From Octopus sinensis (lineage: Eukaryota), in contig NC_043011.1 in assembly GCF_006345805.1 (NCBI RefSeq), forward strand, positions 32,128,464-32,192,463: a stretch of 64,000 nt of DNA. Reading direction: 5' to 3'. The notes beneath the pieces were generated by a model. That model worked only from the letters and a program-made list of their open reading frames with translations. It was not told the DNA's origin and did not search any database. Position 1 is the stretch's first letter. Every line of letters begins with the position of its first letter. The translations under genes and the position numbers were made by a program. This document shows, piece by piece, positions 52,401-63,539 of this stretch.

Positions 52401-53294
52401 CGGCAGTTTGAGATAGTTGTCTTTCACAAATACATAAAATATTTAGGTTGAACCCTCTGCTGTTGTATAATGGTTGTAAACAATGGTTGTAGAAGACATG
52501 GTGTGGGGTCATAGGCTGGCTGATAGAATAGAAGGTATTCATATGTCGTAGATGCATAGAGAAGTTGGTAGCACTAAGAGCAATCCCATGAAATGAATTC
52601 TTTAAAAAGTGCCTGGAATATTCTGTCGAAGTAATTGACAGTTTCTGTTATTTAGATAATCTAATAAACAATGAAAGAATTTTAGCCAGAGTTAGGACGG
52701 GATAGAAAGAATTTCCGGTGTTGCCTCTCGTGGCAACAAGGGAATTTTCTGTCCAGATCAGGCATACTGCATGACACTTTGTATATGAAGTATGGTATTG
52801 CATGGTAGCAAAACATGGAGCATTATTAAATGCAAAGTAATGTGATGAGCTTGCTTCATGTTAGTGTGTGTGTGTGTGTGTGTATGTGTGTGAATAGTGA
52901 AGCACAAGTGGGCGAGAGAAAAACAAAAACTGGATTATAAGAAGGATTGGCTGTGTGGTAAGAACCTTGTTTCCCGACCACATGGTTCTGGGTTCAGTCC
53001 CACTGCATGGTACCTTGGGCAAGTGTCTTCTACTATGACCCCAGGTCGACCAAATATTTATATTTAAATTTTAAAATATTTTACTATTTGTTTTTATATA
53101 TAAAATTTTTTAAATATTTTACCTTTTTTTTATATATAAAAATTTATAAATATTTTACCATTTTATGTTATCAAAAAATTATAATTTGTTTTTCATGTTC
53201 AATAAATATGTGAAATTGTGAAAGTAACTAAATCCTATCTATTTTCTTCTCTTTCTAGTCTGGTACGTGCCCTGTCTGTCGCCATGTATTATAG
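31258..53294 (+). CDS. PJA2: Praja-like RING-H2 E3 ubiquitin ligase, spliced gene: 31258/31267-32692, 34719-35512, 37857-38134, 39574-39685, 42111-42231, 50230-50345, 53259-53294 (2883 nt from ATG 31267 = 960 aa + stop)
   Basis: All six introns are GT-AG and the phases match in series (1,0,2,0,1,0). The joined C-terminus reads QAPPPAPLTLIDNLQTVVVTQEDINEEASCPICLCPWELEEKMAKLPCHHLFHMLCIRAWLIKSGTCPVCRHVL*, a C-x2-C-x14-C-x-H-x2-H-x2-C-x10-C-x2-C RING-H2. The PPA..ID.L motif and the WLxKSGTCPVCR ending match vertebrate Praja proteins as I remember them. The exon structure is solid; the symbol is a family-level call. Confidence 0.8.
33595..34119 (-). mobile_element. About 520-bp retroposon-like element ending in (TAA)n, intron 1
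   Basis: Non-coding and GC-richer than the flanks, with an (AAT)n tail on the minus strand. I recall it as a common octopus repeat; family not assigned. Confidence 0.5.
34719..35512 (+). CDS. PJA2: Coding exon 2
   Basis: Acceptor ttttctttcttcttcAG; phase-1 entry restores the frame of ORF 34787-35539; donor GTAAGT at 35513 (phase 0). Confidence 0.88.
37857..38134 (+). CDS. PJA2: Coding exon 3
   Basis: Acceptor tttttcccgttgcAG; reads SDTHSDLERDSDSADADDEF...QDHNH; donor GTaaat at 38135 (phase 2). Confidence 0.88.
39574..39685 (+). CDS. PJA2: Coding exon 4 (not in the ORF track)
   Basis: Acceptor aaatttcAG; G completes TG|G (Trp); reads STALSEDSQLDIAELNPLDLLLMRQDARRDMLELMFQ; donor CAG|GTAAGA (phase 0). 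Confidence 0.88.
39945..40340 (-). mobile_element. Highly decayed RTE 3' fragment
   Basis: Residual FERNEAS...IRGIRYSVQERQLH...ERPRKT motifs on the minus strand. Confidence 0.65.
40344..40477 (+). mobile_element. Non-LTR RT core fragment (CR1/Jockey-like)
   Basis: With one frameshift, reads IPQGQVMSPALFL.FINHLL...THSNANDTT, a decayed PQGS..SP.LF..FIND...YADD. Confidence 0.7.
42111..42231 (+). CDS. PJA2: Coding exon 5 (not in the ORF track)
   Basis: Acceptor tttttctctttaacAG; reads NVILQMLAVHPDLLNDQAPPPAPLTLIDNLQTVVVTQEDI; donor GTAAGC at 42232 (phase 1). Confidence 0.9.
42734..43392 (+). mobile_element. Penelope-like element with a perfect 70-bp inverted terminal segment and a hammerhead, intron 5
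   Basis: 42734-42803 is the exact reverse complement of 43323-43392; hammerhead at 43251-43329; (TA)n at the right flank. Confidence 0.7.
43251..43329 (+). ncRNA. Minimal type I hammerhead ribozyme motif
   Basis: TTC-CTGAAGA-GAAAGACACAAT(30 nt)ATTGTGCCTTTC-GAA-ACACGTGT-A-GAA: intact core, 11/12-bp stem II, perfect palindromic stem III, GUA triplet, 3-bp stem I. Confidence 0.75.
44206..44586. mobile_element. Same MITE family (copy 2)
   Basis: Same TIRs and internal sequence; TSD TTAGTT. Confidence 0.88.
45118..45400 (-). mobile_element. Tigger/pogo transposase N-terminal (CENP-B-type HTH) remnant
   Basis: QRKMLTIAEMVRLLDMLKEG*RHADVGYHYGINVSTVCYIKKDEK, then after a frameshift IRVTAKVTFNK. 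Confidence 0.8.
46505..46938 (+). mobile_element. RTE-clade LINE 3' fragment (different family), intron 5
   Basis: NTNIKAVLLYGAETW...FINRCLHSILKIRWPEHISNMELWQRT...KWKWIG...ALQWNLDGYRKKGRPKKSWRRS. Confidence 0.88.
47594..47995 (-). mobile_element. tRNA-head SINE family B with a Nin/Deu-like core, partly duplicated (others: 1965-2170, 5585-6000, 6444-6745, 7540-7660, 24239-24469, 33135-33330, 43445-43690, 47200-47590, 48340-48560)
   Basis: Core GTCGACTTTGCCTTTCATCCTTTCGGGGTCGATAAATTAAGTACCAG resembles the Nin domain (from memory); 14-bp TSD ATGCACTGAATAAT (47580-93 and 47996-48009). Confidence 0.85.
50230..50345 (+). CDS. PJA2: Coding exon 6, RING-H2 core
   Basis: Acceptor ttttcatttcaAG; reads (N)EEASCPICLCPWELEEKMAKLPCHHLFHMLCIRAWLIK; donor AAG|GTAAGC (phase 0). 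Confidence 0.93.
50470..52090. repeat. Diverged tandem array of units of about 340 bp (3 full + 1 partial), intron 6
   Basis: Anchor TTTAAAG(A/G)GACCTTCCCT at 50484, 50833 and 51174, and MITE-interrupted at 51509. Confidence 0.9.
52175..52415 (-). mobile_element. 3' end of the same CR1-group family as 2425-3150
   Basis: Reverse complement of the 2880-3110 segment, with scattered substitutions. Confidence 0.85.
52600..52850 (+). mobile_element. Decayed RTE RT fragment, intron 6
   Basis: VEVIDSFCYLDNLI...LARVRTG...VLHGSKTW. Confidence 0.65.
53259..53294 (+). CDS. PJA2: Last coding exon, end of RING
   Basis: Acceptor ttttcttctctttctAG; reads SGTCPVCRHVL then TAG. Confidence 0.93.
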   Translation, partial: SGTCPVCRHVL

Positions 53295-54627
53295 CCTCCC
53301 ATAACACTTCATTGTTTTTTTTAAAAATCCCCTCTCTCTGCCCCCTTTTTTTTTTCTGATGTTTTAATCATCAACCAAATTAAACTCATTAATGAGTTAC
53401 ATCTACCATGAACCTGTTAAATCTTATAAGAATATTTAGAGGAGAATAATCAACTTGAATGCTGTGGCAGTTTTTACACTTTTACCTATTCGTTACTGTT
53501 GGATTATAAAATATGAATTTGATCCATGTTATTATTATTATTATTATTATTATTATATTCTAAGCTCATAACATGGCTACTGCCATATTGTCACTGTAGC
53601 CAAGACATCAACCAGCCACATGGAAGATGAACTTCATTGAAGGGGTCTCAAAGACTGACTTTACTATTGTTCCCCATCTCAGCAATGTTTGTCTATTTCT
53701 TTTTTACTACGGACTGCTTAAGTCTTTTTTTTTTCATTTTTTTATTTTTCAATTTATTTATTTATCTATTTATTTATTTATTTATTTATTAATTTATTTA
53801 AAAAAAAAAAGAAAAATTTTCGGTTACTCTTCTCGGTGCTCTGGCTGTAAATATTTTACTAAACCGAGAAAGAGAAATCCTGAGTCTATTGCTGCATATT
53901 TATTTAATTGCTTCTTTGTTTTCAGTGCAACTGTTTCAAACACAAGTCCACCAAGCTGCTAAATCTTTTATATCTATATATATATGTATCACTCAATCTT
54001 CACACACGCTCACACACATATGTACAGACATACATACATATACATATGTATACTAGCACACTCACATATATAGACATATATAGTTTATTTGAAAAGACTT
54101 TGTTCTATGATATCTGCTCTTCAGAAGCCCTTATCTATCTCACTGAGGTATCAGAACACATTTAGACAAATTTGTCTGTCAGTTTTGATTCCCAGTTAGT
54201 GCCAATTAAATTTGCTTATACTGATAAATGCCTTGTTCATCCCCTCTCCTTGCCCTGACCCTCGCCTGCAACAAACACCAACAAACTTGTGGTCTGTTGC
54301 CAAAATCAGAGATCGATATGTTTCTAGTTCTTCAAGCTCGGTGAGTCAGCAGGAAAATAATGTAGTGCACCAGGTTAAACACATAAATGGTGGTGTTTAG
54401 TTGCGTCCTTTTATGTTCTGAAATCATATCCCACCATCATCAGTGTCATCTTCCATTTCCCTAGGCTTAATTGAATATATAACAATAATGTACTGGAGAA
54501 TTTGAGTCGACTGTATTCACTTCCCAACAAACATTGACCCTTGTGCCTGAAGTGAAATAGCTGCTTCTTTCAATTGATTAGACTTTTTGTATACAAAGCT
54601 ATATATATATATATATATGTATATATA

Positions 54628-55057
54628 TAGTTAAAGTTAAGTTAAGTTAATTTTTTGGCTCAAAAAGCAAAAAGCAAGGCCATGTAGGGGGACATGGAGT
54701 TATGTACAGGGAGGCTGTTCATGCAAAGAGTTCAGGCCATTTCTGGTCAAGAGAGACTTTGAACCGAGCGGTCGTCGGCATCTTCACTATCTCGTCCGGC
54801 AGCTTATTCCACGGATCCGCAACCCGGACGGAGAAAGCCCCTCTCCTTCGATTGAAATGAAATCGTCGCAGATAGAGCTTTTCGGAGTGACCCCACAGCC
54901 GACGCTCTGGAGCAGGAGTGAAGAACAGCTCTTTTGAGAGGTTACACTTTCCGCTTATGATGTTGTGAGCAAGAATGAGATCACCACGGTGTCGTCGTTT
55001 TTCTAGAGAATAAAGGTCGAGCGTCTTCAGCCTTTCTTCATAGACAAATGCTTGAGA
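54628..55057 (-). mobile_element. CR1-group LINE 3' end (second family) with (TTAAC)n tail
   Basis: With a frameshift, reads LSYEERLKTLDLYSLE.RRHRGDLILAHNIISG...GHSEKL...AFSVRVADPWNKLP...FKVSLDQKWPELFA*. Confidence 0.9.
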
Positions 55058-55094
55058 CCAAGAACTACATATATATATATGTATATATATATAT

Positions 55095-55128
<34 letters not shown>

Positions 55129-55310
55129 ATGTATATATAGATATAGATATATTATTTATTATTAGTCAGCAGAAGTTACAGAACCCTTGGGTCACTCTGC
55201 CAATTAATGATACATAAAAAAATATACATACTCATGTTCTAAATTGTTTTCCTGTTTGTATCACCAAACCTATGCATACACACACACACACACACACACA
55301 TGTGTATGTA

Positions 55311-55351
<41 letters not shown>

Positions 55352-56149
55352 TATATATATAGATATATATATATATATATAATTTAATTAGAGGATATAT
55401 TAACCTCGTGAAGGGATGGTTGCATCCAAGAAAATATTGGTTCCGTTCCTACTATAGTTGGGGAATGAAATGCCCTTAACCCTTTCGCTACTGTATTTAT
55501 TTTGAGATACTCTGTGTTTCTTTCAATTACTTGTAATATAACAAAAAATTTACCAAAATAACTTAGTTATCATTCAGCTAGTGATAGGAACATAATTTGT
55601 GACTAAGGTTTGGTGGAAGATGTTGATTCAAAACTTATGTAAACAAGACATTTATTCTAAAAAGCCAGAGCCAGTTTCAGCCGGGTTGGTAACGAAAGGG
55701 TTAAAGCAATAGGTATATATTAAGCATATAGTTTATATCCAGTTAAAAGAAGAAAAGAAAATGGACGTAACAAAATTAACAATTATTTATTAACAAATTG
55801 GTCGTCTTCGCTTCTTACAAGCGTTTCAATTAATACAATAATTTAATTATAAATTTGTACATTAAGTTTACATTTATATAGCATGAGCATAATTTCATCA
55901 GAGAAAAAAATGATGTACCTTGAGATGTTATATGAGGATCTGTCAATTCATTTCAGCAGACTAACATATCAAGGTACTTCTGTTTTCTCTGAGGAAATTA
56001 TGCTCATGCCACATAAATGCAAATTTAATGTACTAATTTGTAATTAAACTATTGAGTATTAATTGAAATGGCCGTAAGAAGCAAAGATGTTAATTTGCTA
56101 ATAATAAATAATTGTTAACTTCCTTATCTCCATTTTCTTTTCTTCTTTT

Positions 56150-56300
56150 AACTATATGTATATATATATGTATGTATATGTATGTATATATATGTATGTA
56201 TATGTATGTATATATATGTATATATATGTATGTATATATATGTATATATATATGTATGTATATGTATGTATATATATGTATATATATGTATGTATATATG

Positions 56301-56333
<33 letters not shown>

Positions 56334-56384
56334 GTATATATATGTATATATATATGTATATATATATGTATATATATATATATG

Positions 56385-56416
<32 letters not shown>

Positions 56417-56447
56417 TATGTAATATATATGTATATATATATATATG

Positions 56448-56478
<31 letters not shown>

Positions 56479-56482
56479 TATT

Positions 56483-56527
<45 letters not shown>

Positions 56528-56583
56528 TATGTATAGATATATATATATATGTCTATATATATATATATATGTATATATATGTA

Positions 56584-56618
<35 letters not shown>

Positions 56619-56626
56619 GTTATATA

Positions 56627-56676
<50 letters not shown>

Positions 56677-56720
56677 ATATATATATATGTATATATATAT
56701 ATTGTATATATATATATATG

Positions 56721-56803
<83 letters not shown>

Positions 56804-57016
56804 TATATATATATATATTATATATATATGTATATATATATATATGTATATATGTATAATGTAATATATGTATGTATGTATATATGTATATATGTATATA
56901 GTATGTATGTATATATGTATATATGTATATATGTATATATGTATGTATGTATATATGTATATATGTATATATGTATATATATATATATATGTATATTATA
57001 TGTATATGTATGTATG

Positions 57017-57049
<33 letters not shown>

Positions 57050-57065
57050 ATATATATATATATGA
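56150..57065. repeat. About 0.9-kb compound (TA)n/(TATG)n microsatellite
   Basis: Direct reading; it is the source of the spurious Y/I/M/C-rich ORFs. Confidence 0.97.
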
Positions 57066-58528
57066 TATTGCTTCAAGTACTAGCTTCTTTTCAGTTCAGG
57101 TTCTGCAACTTTAAACTGTCTTCTTATGTGTTCATCTTTTACAATCTGTGCAGTAATTACTAATGCTGTACAACTGCAGTGCATCTTCAGTGAGTTCGAT
57201 ATTTCACAAACTGCAGTATGTGTAACATTTTCACAAACACACCCTTTTCATTCTGTAATATTTACATATGTGCATCACATGCACTGCAAGCAGTATTTAC
57301 CTCTGTGCATCGTCTGCAACATTCACTTGTGTGCACCATCTGTAATAGTCAGTTATGTGCATCATCTTCAACATCTCTTGTATGCTGTTTGTGCAATACC
57401 TGCAGTACAATACGTGTGTGCAGCCTCCAAATCATATGCAATATTTACATGCAATATCCGTGCACTCGGTGCAACATCAAATTTATTTATTTTATACAAT
57501 AGCCGTACAAATTCATATCGCGTCTCCATCATCTTCCATACTACCTCAGTAGCAATGGCATCTACACTTACATAAACCCTTACAACATCACCTCGTGAGG
57601 AGTTACTGCTCACCTTGCTAATTAATTAATATTGCATTGTCATGCTAGTAATGAACCCTGAAGCATTATCATAATGGTGACCCTCACCTCTGAACATGAG
57701 TCCACAAGTAGCAAGCATCCTGCTTCTTCTGCATTATCATATTGTTGTAGTATTAGTTTTTTTTACATACCCCTTATATTATTGCTGCGATTGTAGAACC
57801 TCCTGCCCCTGCCCTGCTCCTTTAACTCCTTTGGCATTCACACTGCCCTGTCAAACATAACGCTTATCTATTCACATTGCTTTCAGTTAATCCGGCATTA
57901 TCTCGTAGCTTTGAGGTTTCGAAGATGTGATTGTTTATTTTGAAAACGACATTGTAGGGTCGGTCAGTGCTTAGAAGCAAGACTCCGGCCAGTTTGGTCA
58001 TAAAGCAAGTAGAATATTTTGGGGCCAGATTTGGCCAGTTTAAATGCTAAAGGGTTAAAATATTGTAGCAGTAGTGAAGCCAACTGTAATCTCAATCCAT
58101 CTTTCCCCTCTTCTTCCTCCTCCTCCTCCCATCACCGCTGCCACCATCATAACTCCTTACAGTATTATCACTTAATTAGTGACTCCTACCCCCCTCACAC
58201 ACACTCCCCTTTTTGTCCTTTAGTGTTGACATGTTAACCAGTTGTACATGCAATAGCTGTTACAGTCAATTATTATAATAAAGTACTGTAGTTGCTAATT
58301 ATATTTTATAAAAAAGAAAAAAATATTATTTAATCCAAATATTTTGTCAGTGCCTCCTCGCTTTATTGTTGAAATAAATGACCAAAGTTTTTTTTGTTTT
58401 TTTTTTACCATCAAGATTTATTTATTTGTATATTTGCTATGTATAAAGAATTGCATCGGATCCTTTTTTTTGTACTCAACACTTTCTTTTGCCACACAAC
58501 CTTACCATTGTCTACATCTGTAACACTT

Positions 58529-58573
<45 letters not shown>

Positions 58574-59694
58574 CTCTCTCTCTCTCTCCCTTTTGTAATG
58601 TTCAGGATTTCCAGAATTTTGAGGAGTGTGAAACCCCCTCTTAACCACTATTGTTCCCAAGTCTTTTGGGACCCAGAATAGTGGTTACCTTTCAAGGTCC
58701 CAGCAGTGGATTAATTAGCATATTAGCATGTGAAGACTGCATCCAGCACACTGCGGAAGGAGCCTTAATGGTTCAACAGAGGGGAAGGCAGCTGCAGCAG
58801 CGCATTGTAGAGTGCAGAGATCAAAGTGAGGCAAGTAAGACACCTTGGGTCATCCATTGCATCCATCTCTGTCCTCAGTTGTCTTGACTTGATCTTGCCA
58901 CTGGATTGAAGTTGGTCAAGGACAAGAGAGTAAGGTTGGTGGTGTGCAACTCTTCTTCACATTAATGTCACCACACAAGTGATCAGTCGTCCTTAAGGAT
59001 GATTAGATGGTTCTTGTCACTCCAACAGATGAACACAAGACTGTCTTGGATTCTTTAGTCCTACAGGATATGGAGCAACCTCACTAGTGCTGGTGCCATG
59101 GTAAAATGTACCCAGTACACTCTGTACAGTGATTGGCAAACAAATAAAAACAACATCGGGAGGACCATTTTGGTCTCATCAGGGACATGACAACTTCTTT
59201 TGTTCTGGTACCACTACACTCTGTAAAGGGATTGGCACACAAGCAGAAACAACTTAGAATTGAGAGGACCATTTTGGTCTTGTTGAGAACATGACGACAC
59301 CTCTTGTTCTGGTGCTACTACACTCTGTAAAGTGGTTGGTGACAGGAAGAGCATCCTGCTGCAGAAACCAGACCGAAAATGAACTATGAGTAAGACATAG
59401 TCCTCCAACTTGTCCGAGAGGACAGCTACTCTGAATATGAACTGGCTTCCACTTTGATGGCTTGTCCAACTCATGCTAGCAGTGGACATAAAATGGTGAT
59501 GGTGGTGGCAACAATGATGATGATACATGGGTGATTAAAAGTACATGCAGTGGATGAGGCAACAAACACTTGCATGAGCTCAGGAGTATGTCATTGAGTT
59601 ATAGGTTTGAGAGGTTCAGTTGCCAATAAGTTGTTTAACTCCAAGTCAACTCTGATCAAATGGACCTATAATTAAAGGGGCTCAAGCTGTGATG

Positions 59695-59914
59695 TACAAG
59701 GGGGTGCTGAAAAGTTTCTGGCTTTGGGTAAAAGAAAATACAGGAGGATCAGTTAATTATGATTTTATCCAACATATTCCCCTTTCAGATTCACACACTT
59801 ATTGCAGCAGTTCTTCAGTTTTTCTAAGCCCTATAAAAGAACTCAGAAGGTTGGGCCTCCAACTAGGCCTTTCGTGATGCCCTTAAAACCAGTAACTTTT
59901 CAGCTCCCCTTTGC
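59695..59914. mobile_element. Mariner-derived MITE, copy 2
   Basis: Collinear with 18449-18672. Confidence 0.8.
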
Positions 59915-60272
59915 ATATCAGGTACTACATTGTTCAATTGTATGCTCTTCTCTATTTAAAATCCTGTTGGGTGTTGTTCAGGCATGGGAAACCTGTTTTG
60001 AGAATCAACTGCATGAGTCATGAACTCATCATCAGGTGAGTTGCACTAAAAAAAAATTCCAGGTAATTCTTTGTTAGGTGCACCATTCAGAAAATCTCAC
60101 AGGTCACAGGCTGCAGCTCGTCTATGACTGGTGTTGTTTATGGAAGATTTAGCTGTTGTTTGGGGCTATGAACTAGAAAGGGAAGCAGAAAATGCTTCAT
60201 TGTTGAATATGGCAGACACATTTTGGGTTGGAGGAAAGACCAAAACTGAGAGCAAAGAAGAAATCCTAAGTA

Positions 60273-60303
<31 letters not shown>

Positions 60304-60994
60304 GTATATCTGCATGCGAGTATATATGTTTATATATGCATATACATGTGTATGTGTGTATATATATGTATACCTTTATATAATAATATATATATATACA
60401 CATGCATATATGGGTACAGGATGTCACCAACAGTGCAAATAACATGAAATATGTAAACAAACAAGGGAAAAACGAGTGGAATATGTAAATGAGAGAAAAA
60501 AATGGAAAATAGGACAAGTTAACACAGGGAAAGGACCCTTCATCCGCTATCTATCTACTCCTCATTTCAAGCATTCAACAACAATATGAGTCTTCAAAGA
60601 CAGTTGCTCCCATAAATTCTAAAATAAAATTTAGGATTTATGGAGGGTCAAAGTTGGGAACAAAAACAATGACAGTGGAGACATACAAGGAATGTTCCTC
60701 TATATTGTTTTGTTCCGCCATCCTTCTCTACTTCCCTTTTTCTCACCCTCCCTCCTTCACCATTTTCTATCTGTCTCTCTTTCTCCCCCTTCTTTCTTTT
60801 TTTTCTCTCTTGTTGCTCACACATGACCATCTTTCTTTTCCTGCATGGACTGTTAAATGAGCGGATGTATTTTTCTCTCTCTCTTCCATCTTTTCTCTCT
60901 TCTCCTCTCATTCTGGTCTAACGACCCTCCATGTTTGTTTTCATTCAGTTTCATTGTATATCTCCACTGTCATTTTTTTTTTTGTTCTCAAATT

Positions 60995-61285
60995 TGACCC
61001 TCCACATGTTGCACAAAGAATGGTACTCAAGTTACAGGAACTGAACCTGGAAGCACTCTGTCATCCACCATATTCCCCAGACCTCGCACCAACTGACTAT
61101 CACATTTTCCAGGCGTTAGACAACTTTTTGCAAGGAAAAGACTTCAAATTTGAAGAAGATACAAAAAAACAGCCTTTTGTGATTTCATCACCTCTTGCTC
61201 TCCAGAATTCTTTGTTGCAAGCATACATAAGCTACCGATAAAATGGCAAAATCGTGATGATAATTTAGGTGCATACTTTGATTAA
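60995..61285 (+). mobile_element. Mariner transposase C-terminal fragment
   Basis: PHVAQ...HPPYSPDLAPTDYHIFQALDNFLQGK...KLPIKWQ...GAYFD* with a frameshift. YSPDLAP.DY is the mariner D34D signature. Confidence 0.92.
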
Positions 61286-63199
61286 CTGCATTGCTTTTTG
61301 TCAAGATAAAGCAGCTAACTGGCGTCCATGCCAGTGGCACATAAAGAGCATCATTTGAGCGTGATCGTTACCAGCATCGCCTTATTGATACTTGTGCAGG
61401 TGGCACGTAAAAAAAAACACCATTTGGGTGTGGCCGTTGCCAGTACCACCTGACTGGCCCTCGTGCCAGTGGCACGTAAAAGCACCCACTACACTCTCGG
61501 AGTGGTTGGCATTAGGAAGGGCATCCAGCTGTAGAGACTCTGCCAGATCAAGATTGGAGCCTGGTGCAGCCATCTGGTTCACCAGTTCTCAGTCAAATTG
61601 TCCAACCCATGCTAGCATGGAAAGCGGACATTAAATAATGATGATGATGATGAAAATGAAATAAACTTTCAGTCCAAAATCGGACATTTTATTCTTAATG
61701 ACCTGATATATGTATACACACACACACATATATATATATACTCTTTACTCTTTACTCTTTTACTTGTTTCAGTCATTTGACTGCGGCCATGCTGGAGCAC
61801 CGCCTTTAATCGAGCAACTCGACCCCAGGACTTATTCTTTTGTAAGCCCAGTACTTATTCTGTCGGTTTCTTTTGCCGAACCGCTAAGTAACGGGGACAT
61901 AAGTAGAAGACACCCAAGATGCCACGCAGTGGGACTGAACCCGGAACCATGAGGTTGGTTAGCAAGCTACTTACCACACAGCCACTCCTGCTAGTATATA
62001 TATATGAAATAAGCACACCCACAGTTTTTACAGGCTGTATAAAAAGAGTACTTAGGCCACCAAGAAGTAGAGTTTATATTTTTACTTTGAAGCTGAAATT
62101 TCATAACTTGCAGCTGCTTCCACATTCTTGAATTTCAACTAATAAACATAAGTTTTATTTTTACTTTCAAAGTGTCAGATTCTCTATACACACACACACA
62201 CACACACACATACACAGGCGGGCATGTACATGCACTCCTATGTAAACACTTGACCAAGTATATTTCTCAACAAATACATGCATGTATCCATATATTTTTA
62301 CACACACACACACACACACATATATATAGATATTATCAATAATTAAGGGTAAAATCAATTAGTTATTAATTAATTTCACCAAGTAGTTTTCAGTATGTAA
62401 AAAGACCATTCAAGGTGTATTCAAAATATTACTTTATATAATTGAGGGCTCAGTAAAATAATTTACTTTGCCACATACTGAAATTTTTAGAAATAGCAGC
62501 CAAAAAAAATTTTCTTTAGCCATTTCTACTACTTTAAGAAGAATCTCCCTGAAAGTGCTTACTCAAAAATAATTCACGTAGATATGGAGGGAAAACAACA
62601 AAATATCACATATATATATAGATAGATAGACAGAAAGACAGATAGATAGATAGATAGATAAACAGACATATGTACATGAATGTATATGCATATTGCATAC
62701 TTGCATGCATGAGCATGTGTGTGTGTGTGCACACCCTTATTTATATACATATATGCAACACTTAGTCTACTTGTCTATTCAAAGGAATGTTTTGCAAATA
62801 TTTCTGAAGTATCAGTCATCAGATTTAGCAGCAGAATGATGGGAGCAATCTTATATTACCCCCCCCCCCCACACATTTTTCTATTTATATATTTTTGTGC
62901 ACAGAAGGCAGTTTTATAACTTTTAATCATTATTTTATTTCGGCTCTTATTCAGCTAACTGACTGGCTAATGTCTTTAAAGATTTCTCCCTCCATTAATG
63001 CAGTTATTTTGGCAGACTCTGTTTCCATGATTAGTTTACAGTGTGGCTTTATACACAAACACACACACACACACATATATAGATATAGATACACACACAC
63101 ACGTTTGTGTATAATAATTATTTGAGGGAATATAAATCCAAACTTACAGGGAAAAAAATTCAATTTAGAAATACTAAATCAAATTTCACACAATATAAT

Positions 63200-63537
63200 A
63201 TATATATATATAAAATTAGAAAAAAAACATCTTTTATCAATTCAAAATGAACAATTAAATTACACCATCTAGAAAATTACATATAATAGAAATATTAAAA
63301 TTAAAATAACAATAAAATATCAATGATTAAGTAAATTGCAAAAAAAAATACGTTATTCTACCAATTATATATGTTTTTATTATTTATTTTGCAATTTACT
63401 TAATCATTGATATTTTATTGTTATTTTAATTTTAATATTTTTATTTATTGTAATTTTCTAGATGGTGTAATTTAATTGTTCATTTTGAATTGATAAAAGG
63501 TGTTTTTTTTCTAATTTTATATATATATATATATATA
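63200..63537. repeat. AT-rich foldback inverted repeat (arms of about 145 bp)
   Basis: About 63200-63345 is a near-perfect reverse complement of about 63387-63537. Confidence 0.9.
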
Positions 63538-63539
63538 TG

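Noticed and set aside
56112-57163. Many overlapping 60-170 aa ORFs
   Set aside because: They are translations of a (TA)n/(TATG)n microsatellite; the same applies to the H/T, Y/I and C/V-rich ORFs throughout the track.
60545-60640. Possible decayed hammerhead on the minus strand (TTTGAAGA...ATGCTTGAAA)
   Set aside because: The core and stems are too degenerate to support from this copy alone; it may be an old Penelope-like remnant.
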